Positions 1 to 12,185 of a stretch of 64,000 nt of DNA are shown here, piece after piece. The notes under the pieces are model-generated. The model did no database searches and was not told the DNA's origin. It was given only the letters and a program-made list of their open reading frames with translations. Made by a program: the position numbers and the translations under genes. Source of the DNA: Monocercomonoides exilis PA203 (Eukaryota; Protista; Preaxostyla); NCBI GenBank assembly GCA_001643675.2, contig LSRY02000016.1:1550001-1614000 (forward strand). The letters are read 5' to 3'. Numbering within the stretch: position 1 is the first letter of the stretch; every line of letters begins with the position of its first letter.

Positions 1-1607
1 GGCAGTGAAAAGAAGAGAATAATGTGGCAGGCGATGAGCAATCATTGTCGTTACGTACCGCATTTGTATGAGTTCATTTGGATGTCTCAGAATAGGCGGG
101 TTCATACACGTCTGTAGCAGCGATTAGCTTCATTGAAATGTGGTGGTGGATTGTTGTGCCTGTTGCGGATGGGGGTGAATGCAAATCAAAAGAAGTCGTC
201 ACAAAGGGAGACAAATTCACTGCGGGGATATGTTGTAGCGCAACGTGCAGTTATGAACAGGGGCGTTGCATGGGTACATGATGTGGAATTTTCAACAATG
301 CTTTCAGCACTTCTGGATAACTCTGATCAGTCGCTCTTAGCTTCGTTGGCATAGTAATTTGTGATTAAACGGATCTTTTCATCACCGGACTAAATTCCGT
401 ACCAGTCGACCAACAATTTGCTTGAATTTTCGTTGCCGATATTGATAATTATGCGGATTGTGATGCTATCTCCGCGCTTCTACCAAAGAAAAAGCTGAAA
501 TGCTGGATGCCTGCTGCAGTTCCTCCTGGAGAAAGGAAAGGGGCATGGAAGGTGACTGTTGAACAGCGATCGCACATGCTTCTTGAGCAGATGTTAGATC
601 GAAGAAATCGGGAAAATTCGAATTGGCTAATGACGTCTTCATGTGGATCTTGGACAGGCTCATCTTTGGCTTGTTTATTACCTTCTCCAGCGGAGTCAAT
701 GGCGATAAAATGGCTGATAAGTACAATGTTTGAGCTGATATGGAAGATGACGTTCGAACAGTGTATGCTCTTCTGATGCGATTCACACCTTGGTCTTCTG
801 TTCCAATGAAGCTGACGCTGATGATGATGAAGATGCTGTAGACTATCCGGGAGAAATGCGGAGACAAGATCATAGCAGATCTGGGTAGTGGTGACGGTTC
901 CGCGGAAAGGGTCTGGAGACTATGTGCGCATATCGCGGGCGGTCAAGCAGGTGGAGCAGAAGAAAAGCGAATTAGTACGGTTTGTGATAATCGAAGATGT
1001 GCATAAATTTTTTTGAGGAAAATGAGATGCTGCCGTTTTGGTAGAAGGAGACGGAAATGAAGTGCATCAGAAGAAGACGGGTTATTGAAAAGACGGAGGA
1101 AAGGAGAGAAGGTCAATCGAATTGATGCTTGTGGTAGAATGTGGTATTGTTGCATTTGAACTCGGACATGCAAAGATAGACGATGGATGAGTTTGTAGCT
1201 GTTGTGTCTGTTGTTCCGCCGGAATGCGTGCCGTCGATAGCTCTGCGGGATGCAACATTTACGTTTTTGTCAGTGTGAAAGAAGAAAGGGATGATTGGGG
1301 TTATGAGTGTTTCGCATTGTGTGTTTGTGGGCAGGTTAGATTTATTAAAGGAATCATCTGCGTTCCGGTGGACGTCGTATCTCCTGCAAGTTGGCATCGA
1401 AATGACATAGAAAATTACCTCCTTCAATACCCCACTTGCATTTCTGCTTTGCTCACACTCGCTCCCTCGTCTTATTCTGCACCTTCGGCATCTGCTTGGC
1501 TTCTGGCTTTTTCGAGTGGAATGCACCTCTCGGCATCGATGCGCCAACCAACAACTGCAATGAAAAAGCTCCTTCTCATTCATCATCTGCTTCTGGGAAT
1601 TCTGTGA
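1..1607 (+). pseudogene. Decayed copy of an unknown GC-richer gene family ('family Y'), truncated by the window edge
   Basis: LRGYVVAQRAVMNRGVAWVHDVEFSTMLS (ORF 133-354) aligns with LQGYVVARRAVLYGGVVCAYDVALSAMLS (49379-49840, -) and LLGFVVALREVLLWAVVCTYDVVLSVMLS (31462-31716, +). Several stops; 3' extent uncertain. Confidence 0.55.
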
Positions 1608-1619
1608 ATTTATCTATTT

Positions 1620-2620
1620 CTTTCCTTCTTCCCATACCCATTTAGTGGTTTGTGATTGTTCTTTCAATTCCATAAAATGCACTCAGCAAATGAAAAAGTT
1701 ATCTCTTGTGTTGACAATAGCGAAAATTATTAAGTTGTGGATACAAGTTTTGCATTATTTTTGTTTACCATTTGCAACAACCCATTCTGAACATTGATCA
1801 GCTCTGTAGTGAATGCTGTTTCTGTTGAGTGTAACTTTCAGCAGATATGTTCAGATTGCTTATTTTCATCTCTCCAGCTCCAGTAATTTCGAATATCTTT
1901 GAGTCGCAATTATTTGTATGTGCCGAGTCATGCACAAAGGGAAGATCTCTAACAGATAATGTGCCTGCCGTGACTGAAAATAGAGACAAACCTGATTCAT
2001 CGAATTCTGTCTGCACGGTTGTTGAAAAAATACTTTGGCCGTATAATGTATGAGTATTGTCGCCCCAATCCTAACTTTTGATTTCAGTAATTGTTCCTTT
2101 GGGCATCTCAATATCAATCACATTACATGAACAGGCGGTATCAAACAACGGCTGATGGCGCTGAAGAGATAACTTTCGTTTGTTCTGCATGCATATGCAT
2201 CTTTGGCATTCGGCTGTGTTTTAGCATATGAAGCATATCTGATTTTTCCAAAATCGTTCGAGAACATTCGATTTTTTCCGCAATTGAGTTGTATCTTGAT
2301 CAAACTATATTTGATGTTTGCCTTGTAGAATTGCAATTTGGATCAATGTTGTTTGAATTCGATTCTTGAAGAGTAATGTCATGGCCTCCTTTCAAATATG
2401 TGTTATTATGAAAAGAAAAGAAGAAAAACAATATTTTATAATCATTTCAATTCTATCATTATTTTAACATCACCTTCTCCACGCATTGCATAGCAACTGT
2501 AGAAAAGACAATTTGAGAGTATAAAATTTCTCCGTTGGTTTCCAATGACAAATTGATCCTCCAGCACCATCAAAAGAACAATTTCATAGACTTTTTCCGG
2601 AAAAAGAATTGACACTGCAT
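1620..2620 (-). pseudogene. Fragment of PMP-like beta-helix family gene
   Basis: Pieces AKDAYACRTNES and SLFSVTAGTLSVRDLPFVHDSAH resemble GTDVDACGRPQQ and ALFQQTQGSLTVSALAIAHNSS in the long copies; frames are broken. Confidence 0.5.
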
Positions 2621-2769
2621 TCTTTCTACCTATAACTTTTGTCTGTTCAAAGGTTAATTACCACATTTATATTCAAGAGGTAGTATGAGAATTAATGGAA
2701 GCTTATTTTGCCACGCGATTATATAAATAAACGCAAAATAAATTTGATCAGTGAATGTAATAAAAAAAA

Positions 2770-3305
2770 AGTGTTTCTTGAAATTGGATATAAAAATCAA
2801 ACGAGTTCACTCATCAATATTGACATTGAAAAAATCCATTAAACTTATGGAAGTTTGAATGGAACAGATATAACAAAATAAGAATGGGTGATATTATTTG
2901 ATCTGTGGTGATTTTTCAAAAATTTTTACCCATATGTTTATGGAAATGGTTCCAGATAGAAAAAAGCACACTTTGTTAATTATTGAACCTAATTCAATAT
3001 TTCTTCTCACCGAAGAATGCAGTGACAGCTGGCGGGCCTACAATGGAATGGAAAATCTTGGTTACACACATAGAATGGTCAACCATAAAAAAACATTTAT
3101 TAATAAAGATACAAACACTCACACAAACCGCATAGAAGGTCTCTGGTCCATGTTTCGTAAAAGCTTACCACCACATGGAGTCAGACATTCCGTAATTCAA
3201 TCATACATGGATTCTTTCGCTTCCAAAATGCAAGAAGACAGTATTTATTACACCTTTTTGGACACCTTGGCTGTCAATAATATTTATAAACAAATGGAAG
3301 TTTGA
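2770..3305 (+). mobile_element. Merlin/IS1595 (ISXO2-like) transposase fragment
   Basis: ORF 2898-3305 has VPDRKKHTL, SDSWRAYN, YTHRMVNH and HTNRIEGLWS, the characteristic ISXO2/Merlin catalytic motifs; N-terminus decayed. Confidence 0.85.
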
Positions 3306-3787
3306 TTTTTTAATTTTTTAATCAATTAACTTTTTTTTTCTTTTTTCAGATGAAATAAAAAACGTCGATGAATCAGAACGCCACAAGTTAAAGCACATAA
3401 CATGCAAAGTTTTTGTTTTCTATTTGTTCATTTTTCAAACCATTCAGTGTTATTCTTTATTAATTTTTAACGAGCAAACAATAAAAAAATATTATTGTCT
3501 TTTTTTTAATTTTCTAAATACAGCACCCACCAGCACTTTTCATTTTAAACATATCTTCAACAAAAAGACATGATTCTTATATTTGAATCAATTTCTTTTT
3601 TCTTTTTTGACATTAAAAATTATGGGTTATGTCCACCAATTGGGATTGTACCAATTCAAACTGAATATTCAATAGAAATAATGATTCATAAAAGAAGTTT
3701 TTTTTTCCTAATTCTTGAAAAACATTGGTTCAAACTAAACCTGTCTGACGCGTAGAAAAAAATATTTCACTTCCGTCAGTTATTTTC

Positions 3788-3793
<6 letters not shown>

Positions 3794-3827
<34 letters not shown>
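3794..3827. repeat. poly(dT) tract
   Basis: About 34 consecutive T upstream of the 3961 ORF. Confidence 0.95.
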
Positions 3828-3831
<4 letters not shown>

Positions 3832-3960
3832 GAATGAATTCTAAACAATATGTTCACATTTTTTTTGTAAATAATAGAGATTTTGTGATAATTATTTTTT
3901 AAAGTTTTTAGTCTTATTTTTAAACATGTCCCATTAATTGATTTCAATTTCGTATTTTAA

Positions 3961-6090
3961 TTGAAATGCTTTTATGTCCGTGTTCCTTCACCTCTTAATC
4001 GATTCAACCTCCTTTTCGGAACAAAAAACTTCATGTTGCAAACAGACTCTTCACAAAATGCTCATTTCGTGCTTGGAGGAACTGAAATTCACAGAGAGAA
4101 ATTAAGTCGATTGTCCTTTACTGGTTTGAATGGCTATCTCTTTGAATGGTGCGAATGGAATGATTCAAATGGTGGATCTTCATCTGATGGTGCACTTCAA
4201 GTTGTTTGCACAAATGCAAATCTCACAGTCACTTCTTATTCGTTCAACAATTGTTCGGCAAAAGGACACAATGGTGGGGCATTAGATTGCTTTTATCTGT
4301 TAAACGTTAACATCACAACATCTAATATCACAAGTTGTTCAGCGTTGCATGGAGGAGCAAATTGTGTAGCTAATCCACAATCAAATTCTGCTTGGACATT
4401 CTCTGAAAACAGAGTGGAAAGTTGCTCAATAACAGATTGGTGTGGAACTGGTTGGTATTTCTGGATTGGCGATTTTCCATCAAATATTCAATTTCAGTTT
4501 ACAAACAGCAAGTGCATCTCAAATTCTGGTGGTGATTCAACCGGCTCACTTACATTTCGCTGGCCTCCACAAAATAAACCAAATCAATTTTTGGTCAATG
4601 AGTGTCAGTTCATAAATAACAAATTGAAATTAAATTCAACTCCATGGGGAGGTGCTGCAATGTTTTTCAGAGACACATATGATTGGATGAATGGAACAAA
4701 ATTCATCACATTCTGTTTCTTCGATGGCAACACTGCAACTAATGGAAGAGGAAACGATGTGTTCTTCAGTGGCAATGCCATAACCCAATCTCCATTCCAG
4801 CAATGTTGTTCAACAACTCCAACACTAAGACTTCGGAACAACAATACAGCTGACAATGCTGAATATAATAGCTGGCTCCCCCTCATTGCCCAGAACAAAA
4901 TCGTTGCCAGCAATGGAACTGATGTCGATGCCTGTGGCAGACCCCAACAAACCCCATGTGCCACCATCGAGTATGCCCTCACTGGCTTCATTTCCCTCCT
5001 CCAAGACGCCTCCCTCACCCTCCTCACCTCAACATTTGTTCCAACTCAAACACTCACCTTCAGCGCGGTTGACACAAAAATCACTGGAAACGACACAAAT
5101 GCTACCACCATTGCCTCCAGCGGCATTCCCCAACCACCAAACTCACATTCACACTCATCACAATCAACATCATCAAATTCATCATTTTCATCATTTTCAT
5201 CTGCATCTTCTTCACCAGATCCATCTGCCTCGTCTGCCCTCTTCCAACAAACGCAGGGCTCCCTCACAGTCTCTGCCCTCGCCATCGCCTACAACTCCAC
5301 AAACCAAATCACCCCCATCCTCTTCCACCTCTCCGATAACTCCCCTTCCCTCAACCTCAACACAACCACCATCACCGGAACAACCTCCATAACAATAAAA
5401 ACTCCCCTCTTCTTCCTCACTGCTGGCTCCCTCGCCCTCAACCACACAGCAATCACCAGTCTCTCCCTCAACAGCCAGAGCATCTTCCACCTCACCTCCC
5501 TCACCGCTCCCCTCGCTCTCAACTCCTCCAACATCACCGATATCACCTCCACAGCCACTCCCGCCAGCTGTGTCCTCTCCTCTGCCACCTCCTCTGAACT
5601 TTCCCTCTCCCTCGCCAACTGCACCATCACCAACATCAACTCAGCTCCACAAAACCAACAGACTGCCACCAATGGAGGGTGCATCTCATTCGCCTCATCT
5701 GCCCCTGCCAACGCATTTTCGGTGAGGAACACAAATTTCTCCACCTGCTGTGTGAGCGAGGATACAAGTTCTGGAGGAAGAGGCGGTGCTCTCATGATCG
5801 AGTACAAGGATGATTCACAAGTGTCATCCACAACCTTTTCCATCACCAATATCGTGTTTTCAGCCAACAAGGCCAGCGTCGGAAGAGATATGTATTTTGT
5901 GTGTGAATCCCTTGTCGCTTCAGTGAAGGAACCCTTGTTCACTTTCATGACAAGCATCACTCAGAAAGACAACTCGGCTGTTGGACATGACAGAACAGAA
6001 GCAATTGGAATGTCGATTAATAAATCTTTATCAACGGGCATACAGCTAACAATGAATACGTGGAAAGAATACTTGGCATCAAAGCAATGA
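3961..6090 (+). CDS. PMP-like right-handed beta-helix protein (putative surface/secreted family); probably frameshift-truncated near 6005 with a decayed tail to about 6950
   Basis: 709-aa ORF with repeated GGA(L/I/N) and FxxN/FxxC motifs (NGGAL, HGGAN, WGGAA, FDGN, NGGCI, GRGGAL, FSAN) and DACG..CATIEYAL; paralogue at 44010-46900. True start is uncertain. Confidence 0.7.
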   Translation: MKCFYVRVPSPLNRFNLLFGTKNFMLQTDSSQNAHFVLGGTEIHREKLSRLSFTGLNGYLFEWCEWNDSNGGSSSDGALQVVCTNANLTVTSYSFNNCSAKGHNGGALDCFYLLNVNITTSNITSCSALHGGANCVANPQSNSAWTFSENRVESCSITDWCGTGWYFWIGDFPSNIQFQFTNSKCISNSGGDSTGSLTFRWPPQNKPNQFLVNECQFINNKLKLNSTPWGGAAMFFRDTYDWMNGTKFITFCFFDGNTATNGRGNDVFFSGNAITQSPFQQCCSTTPTLRLRNNNTADNAEYNSWLPLIAQNKIVASNGTDVDACGRPQQTPCATIEYALTGFISLLQDASLTLLTSTFVPTQTLTFSAVDTKITGNDTNATTIASSGIPQPPNSHSHSSQSTSSNSSFSSFSSASSSPDPSASSALFQQTQGSLTVSALAIAYNSTNQITPILFHLSDNSPSLNLNTTTITGTTSITIKTPLFFLTAGSLALNHTAITSLSLNSQSIFHLTSLTAPLALNSSNITDITSTATPASCVLSSATSSELSLSLANCTITNINSAPQNQQTATNGGCISFASSAPANAFSVRNTNFSTCCVSEDTSSGGRGGALMIEYKDDSQVSSTTFSITNIVFSANKASVGRDMYFVCESLVASVKEPLFTFMTSITQKDNSAVGHDRTEAIGMSINKSLSTGIQLTMNTWKEYLASKQ

Positions 6091-6899
6091 ATTGCTGGCT
6101 ATCAAAGATGCCCTTCAAGAGCACACGCAATGCGATGTGTCTTCTGAAGAAGGTACAGATCATAAGGCAGAAATCATTTCATCGGCTGATTTGTCTGTGG
6201 ATCGGTGCAAATGAAGGTATAGTCAAAGATTTTTGAAGAGAAGGCACACAAAATAGAAGAAAACATCTCACATGTGCATTTGATGAAATCAACATTGCTT
6301 GTCGGACATTTATTCTCTTGTTTTTAAAGAATTCTCCTCCAAATTTGAATTTCTTCCAAAACTCATTCATTCATTTGTCATCTTCTCGACATGTCGAAGG
6401 CGTGTGACGTTATGTAACCTTCCGAACTCTATTTTGAAACCCATCCATTTCATAAAAGAACTGCTTCAATGTTTTTTCTGTTTTCACAGCAAATGCTTCG
6501 GTTTCAAAATGTGAAAAGTTGGAACTGTCCTCTTTTTTTTTTATTTTGACATGCCAAAAAGCTATTCTCCTCAAAAGGTTACTTCCATTTCGTTGTCTCA
6601 TTATTTCAACAGAAATTCTGTTATTGAATAAAAAATTATCTGTGCTTCTGGATAGAAATGAAAGACGAGGCATGATGTTGAATTTGGCCAGAGTTGAATG
6701 AAATGGAAATATAAATGTTTTCATTGATCATAGAAGGAGGCGTTGAAGAAGAAGAAATAAAATGAAATGAATTCATCTTGATGGCATTTCATTTCCAATA
6801 TTATGAAAGAAAATGTCAATTATTCGACGTTGACATATTGAGGCGAAGGAATGAGAATGTTTTATTTTTTGTTCAGTTTATATGTGCTGAAGAATTGGA

Positions 6900-6985
6900 T
6901 GGAATAAATGCATCAGAATGTCCATGGACTCATCCAACGCCAGTGGAAAATTTACTGTTAAGAGGAAGCGGAAGAAGACAACGAA

Positions 6986-7016
<31 letters not shown>

Positions 7017-10000
7017 GATGAGGAGGATGAGGAGGAGGAGGAGAAGAAGAAGAAGAAGCAAATTGTTGGTTTGTTTGTGGAATCTGAACAACATTAAAAA
7101 AAACAGAAGAAGCAGAAGAAATCGAAGAATTCTTTGTCAATTAGCTTTTTTTATGCTCGTCCATCAACATCTGAAAGCGAAGGAGAAGAGATTCGATTGC
7201 TTAGAGAGTCAATATCTGGACTGAGAGGAAGAAGAGGAAGATCCTTTCATAGCATTTGAATGCCTAACCGCACGAGAACCACTCATAACAGAAGATGCTG
7301 TGGTTGGTGGTGGCATCGTCTGAGCAGAGTGCCTGGATTTCGTCTGCGAGTGGAATGAGGAGTCAGTCAAATAAGAAGGCGGTCGCGATTGCGAAGGAAA
7401 AAGGCTGCAATACGATGAAACAGGGATAACTTCGTTGGAACCTGCAGACACCGAAAAGGATGCGGTGGTTGTTTCATCGAAGTCTGCTGTCGCTCCAGTC
7501 ATTGATGTGGCTGAAAAAGCATATGTTGAAGAAGAAAACGAAGTCCGAGAAAGCGAACGGGCAGATGAGCGGTCAGAGGAGATGCTAAATGATCTGTATG
7601 CTTTCCCTTGGATAGGCACAGACACTGGCTGGTCTGAGAAATCTGTGCCTGAACGTGTGATCTCGTCTTCTCTCGTCTTGCCTCCGCTGCTTATCTCTTC
7701 CCCATCATCACCTTTATCGTCTTCTTCTTCTTCTGAGTCATCATCGTTATTTTCCTTCTTCCCATCTCCTGTCCCTTTCATCTCCTGCGCTTCCTCATTA
7801 TCAGCCTCCTTCTTCTCTTGAAACACCACCAGAAACAGATTCGCATTCTGTTGGAGCATCGCATCTTCCTCTAACGGGTTCTCCTTCGTCGCCGCGCCGT
7901 GTGCCAGTTTCAATAACAGATCCGCCACAAATGTTGGTGCTGTCTCATTTGGATGGCTCAATGCAACCAGAACGAGCAGATGGAAGCGGAGAAGCTTCAG
8001 GCAGTGGTTCGCAAACGAGTTGCGCTCCATTTCTTGTGCTTTCGCTTCGAGATATTCGTACTGCCTGTCTGAAAGTGCATGTACTGCAACTCTGCCTACC
8101 CATATGCAGCTTTTCACCAATCGGTTGCCTTTCTTTTTCATCCTCTGCAACTTTTGCCTTCTTTCTACTCTTTTTTCTTTCTCTGTGTTGTTGTCTGCCC
8201 AAAACCAGAACTGGATTTTCTGTCCTGAGCGATGACTGAGTCTGGCCAGGCATGACTGTACTGATGAATGCATTGTGGCCATCTCCTTGTTTTGCCTCTG
8301 GATGAGAATCTTCTTTGTCGCCCAGCCCGTTTTCACTGAAGATCATCCATTGTGCTCCATCATCAGAATGAACGATGCTAAGAAGGAGCTGTTTGATGAT
8401 GCAATTTGAGACTCACTCTGAGAAAGCTGAGGCAGAAAAGGCAGAAGAGGCAGTGATGGGTGTGTTGGATAGGAGGAGATAGAAAACGGAGATGGAAAGG
8501 GTGAAGATTGAGAAGGAGGAGAAGATACAGAGAAAGAAGGGATTTGTCGAGTGGCCGCAGGAGATAAAGGGGAAAGCGAGGGAGATGAAGTGGGATACTT
8601 GCTTCCACCGATGCTGTCACAGACAATGTTATTATTGATATTGTTGATGTTGTTGATGTTGTTGAAATTGTTGTTCTTATTGGAGTTGTGATAGCTTACA
8701 GAAGGTGGAATTGCAGTCTTCACAGAAGGAACAGCCTGTTGAGTTCGAGAAAGAAGCACACCGAAGTTGTTGAGTGAAGCTTGTTCAGAATGTGTTTGGA
8801 AATAAACAGAAGAAGAAGAGGAGGAGGAAGCTGTCTGAGAAGGAAATGAATGAGCTAACTGCTTCCATTGAGCTCTTCAAGGGTTTGCAGCAACAATACC
8901 GATGAATGCCCAGACACACGAGGAAGAGAGGAGAGAGAAAGGGAAGAGGAGAAAGGAAGAGGAGGAAGTGGCATGGACGATATTGAGGAGAAGGAGAATG
9001 ATTACGTGTAAGGGAGTTTTGAGACAGATGGAAGAGAAGGTGTATTTGAAGTGGAGGAAGAGAAATCAGATGGAGAAATGAATCCAAATGGGAAAGAAGA
9101 AGAAGAAGAAGAAGCAGAATTGTTATTGCCTTTTGATGGAGAAACAGAAGAAGAAGATGATGATGACGCAAAAGAAGGATAAGCATCAGTGTTATTCTTT
9201 AACATAGATGACAGATTGAAGAAACGAGCAACGACGAAAGGGCTGTTGGAGTTGAGAATGTTGAATGCTGCATGAAGAAGGATAGCATCGAGAAGAGGTT
9301 GCAAAACATCAGAAGCTGTTTGTTTGCGCTCTGTAGACTTCAAAGCAGAGAAGGAAGAGGAGAAAGAATTGGGGAAAGAGGAAGAAGCAGATGATGAAGC
9401 GGAACGAGAGGAGGAAGAAGATGAAGATATAAGCGAATTCAGAGAAGAAACAGGCGAAGAAGCAACAACGACAAGTTTGTATATCCATTCAGCTGCTGTT
9501 GTTCTTACGAATGAGTCCTTCGAAGAGAGAAAAGAGGAAAGAAGCACAAAACAGCAGTCGTTGGAGCAGCCAGTAAAGTTGTGAGTGGAAAAGATCGAAG
9601 AGGAAGAGGAAGAGGAAGAGGGAGAAGAAGGCGAAGAAGGCGAAGAAGGCGAAGAAGGAGAAGAAGAAGAAGAAGAAGAAGATGCAAATGAATTATTAAA
9701 TAAATTGTTTTGATTATCCATCTGTTGAGTTGTTATATTTTGTTGCATTCCTATTTCATTTGGTGTTATGTTCTCTATTGTATTCAACTGAGTTATTATT
9801 CCATTTGAAGAGAAAGAAGAGGAGGAGGAGGAAGAAGGAGAAAAGAAAGAAGAAGGGAAAAAAGAAAAAGAAGGGAAAGAAGAAGAAGAAGAAGAGAAGA
9901 GGAAGAAAAAGAAGAAGGAAATTCGAGTGTATTTGTGGAAGGTTGAGGAAAAGAGGCTAAAGATCCAAAGCAAACAGCAAGAGGAGGGCGAGGTGAGGTA

Positions 10001-11450
10001 AATAAAGAGAAGAAGGATGTTGGATAGAGAGAAGAAGGAAGAGAAGAAGAAGAATTTTTTGCAGAAGGGCTGCAGAGTGAATTGTGAGCAGATGATTCAG
10101 ATGAAGCAACTGGAGTGGAAGGCAAAGAGGCAGTTGAATCAATTGGAAGAGTTGAACTGTTCAACGAAGAAGAAGAAGAAGATGATGATGATAATGAATC
10201 AGATGATGTTGAAGAAATACGTGGTTGTGAAGGTGAAGGTGAAGGTGAAGGTGAAAGATGATTTGACGAAAGAGAAGAAGGCGAAACTTGTGCGATCTGA
10301 ATGACCAGCGAAGGAGATGACTGAACAGAAGAAGAAGAAGAAGAAGAAGAAGAAGAAGAATGCATAGGAGAAGGAATGATGTGTGCGGAATATGTCTGTC
10401 AAAGAAATAGATACTTTCAGATTGCATTTCTCCGAATGAGAATGTTCTCATAAGCTTTCTTTGGAATTCATGGGAAGACGATGATGGTTGAAAGAACGAA
10501 AAGGCAAGGAAAAGAGGCAGATAAAGAAGGAAGAAGACGAAGTTGCAAAAGTAGTTGAAGGAGTTGAAAAAGAAAAAGAAGAAGAAGAAGAAGAAGAAAA
10601 AGAAGGAGAAAAAGAAGATGATGATGATGAAGTTAATGCTGAATGATCAGAGTTCAACACAATGACTGCTTTCGCAAACAAAATTCTCGCAGCAGATATG
10701 AAAAAGAAAACGAAAGAAGAAAAAGAAGAAGGGGCATCTGAGAGAGAAATGGAATGAAATGAGCTCGATGATGCACTTTGAACGAGCTGGGCGGCAAAGG
10801 CGAGCAAGACTCATTTGAAGAAAATGCAGACAAAATGAGCAGATTCCAATTTCATTACAGCCAACAGCGGCAACAGAAAGTAGTTTCATTGTGTGTTGCA
10901 ACACAAGAATTTGTTGGCTATTCAAACAACAAATTCTCAAATACAAAGAAGGCCTTCTTTCCATCAGCTAAGTCAAAAAACTATCGTATATGAAGAAATC
11001 GAAGGAGAATGAGAAGAAATCACATAAGCTGAAAAAATGCTGCTTGAAATGGATTGTCTCTGAGAATAACGTTCAACATAAAAAATAATGTTGGCTGGAA
11101 TGGAAAAAAGATATCAAAAGGATTTGAAAATTATTAGTCTTACACTGATTTAATAAATTCCTAAAAAGAACACACCTCATATTCCAGTCTCAAATGCAGA
11201 GGAATGTTCAATCGCTGATGCTGTCAATCTCCATTTCCACTCCTTCGCATCGCTTCTTTCTTCGTAGTCCTTTTTTCCCAATAAAAACTTAATTTTCAAT
11301 GTTGCATCCACTTCCTTTTTCAAGAAAATAATATTTCTGCTATTTTGCCCGAATGCTGCCTTTTGTTTGCATTCTTCTTTGTTAAAAAAAGCTTTCTGTT
11401 TGAATCAATAGAAAAACAATAAATGTTATATTCGATCATGTTTCGAATTG
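6900..11450 (-). pseudogene. Large low-complexity gene ('family X') with helical blocks separated by poly-Ser; interrupted by stops and frameshifts
   Basis: Consecutive minus-strand ORFs 10448-10964, 9796-10365, 9002-9973, 8343-8759 and 7209-8336 (the last two are in frame across a TGA). 5' exon and intron near 11060-11330 are homologous to 34380-34650 and 48900-49190. Confidence 0.55.
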
Positions 11451-11835
11451 TTTTGAAAAACACTTTTTTCATTTTTTTCTCAATAGCTTATGACCCAGGA
11501 TTTAATTTTTTGTCCTTTAACCGGGTTTGATAAAGCTTTTACGAGAAAGACAGACTTGTTACGGGTTTTTCATGGTTTATCAGAAAAAAAATTATATTTA
11601 TCGAAAGAATGAGTAATTACAGGAACAACATAGATGTTTCGACAAACAAGTTGAACTATTCGTAATAACTTGTTTGTATTCAGTATTTATTATTTTTTAC
11701 GAAACAATTCATAGTTATGGTAAAATATCTAATGTGAGAGTGAATTTTTCAATTCAAAAAAATTATATGAAAATGAAATGAATAAAGTTAATAATTCGTT
11801 TTTGTTTATCTGCTTCTGAAATTACGATAATAAAT

Positions 11836-11891
11836 TACTGACGTGGAAATTTTTGTTAAGTCCGTCAGAATTGAAAATTTTCACGTCAGTA
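11836..11891. promoter_or_regulatory. 18-bp inverted repeat containing TGACGT motifs between divergent genes
   Basis: TACTGACGTGGAAATTTT (11836-11853) pairs with AAAATTTTCACGTCAGTA (11874-11891), 1 mismatch. Regulatory role is inference. Confidence 0.35.
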
Positions 11892-12185
11892 GTCATTACG
11901 TCACACAGGTTTAAAAACAAATATATATAACAGTAACAAATAATAAATACTTGCAAAAAATCATTTTTAACCTGTTGATCAAAAATTACCACAATAGATT
12001 TTATTTTTTCGATATTTGATCTTTTCTTATGATTACAAAAAAAATCACCCACCTCTGCCAAATTCAACCCAGTAAAAATAAGAGAAAACAGCTTTGTCGA
12101 AACAACATTCAAAGCAGCTGAGATGATAGAGAGGCAGAAGAGAGAAGCAGAAACGAAGTTGAAAAAAACACTCTGAAGAAGACAC

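Noticed and set aside
466-873. Retroelement or diversity-generating retroelement component
   Set aside because: No reverse transcriptase motif was recognised in the window; this ORF is probably antisense to the family Y pseudogene.
2884-2905. ATGGGTGATATTATTTGATC as another MITE end
   Set aside because: It lies within the Merlin coding remnant and has no partner; probably chance.
4605-5960. Long antisense and alternate-frame ORFs over the beta-helix genes (also 44667-45903)
   Set aside because: Shadow frames produced by C-ending codon bias.
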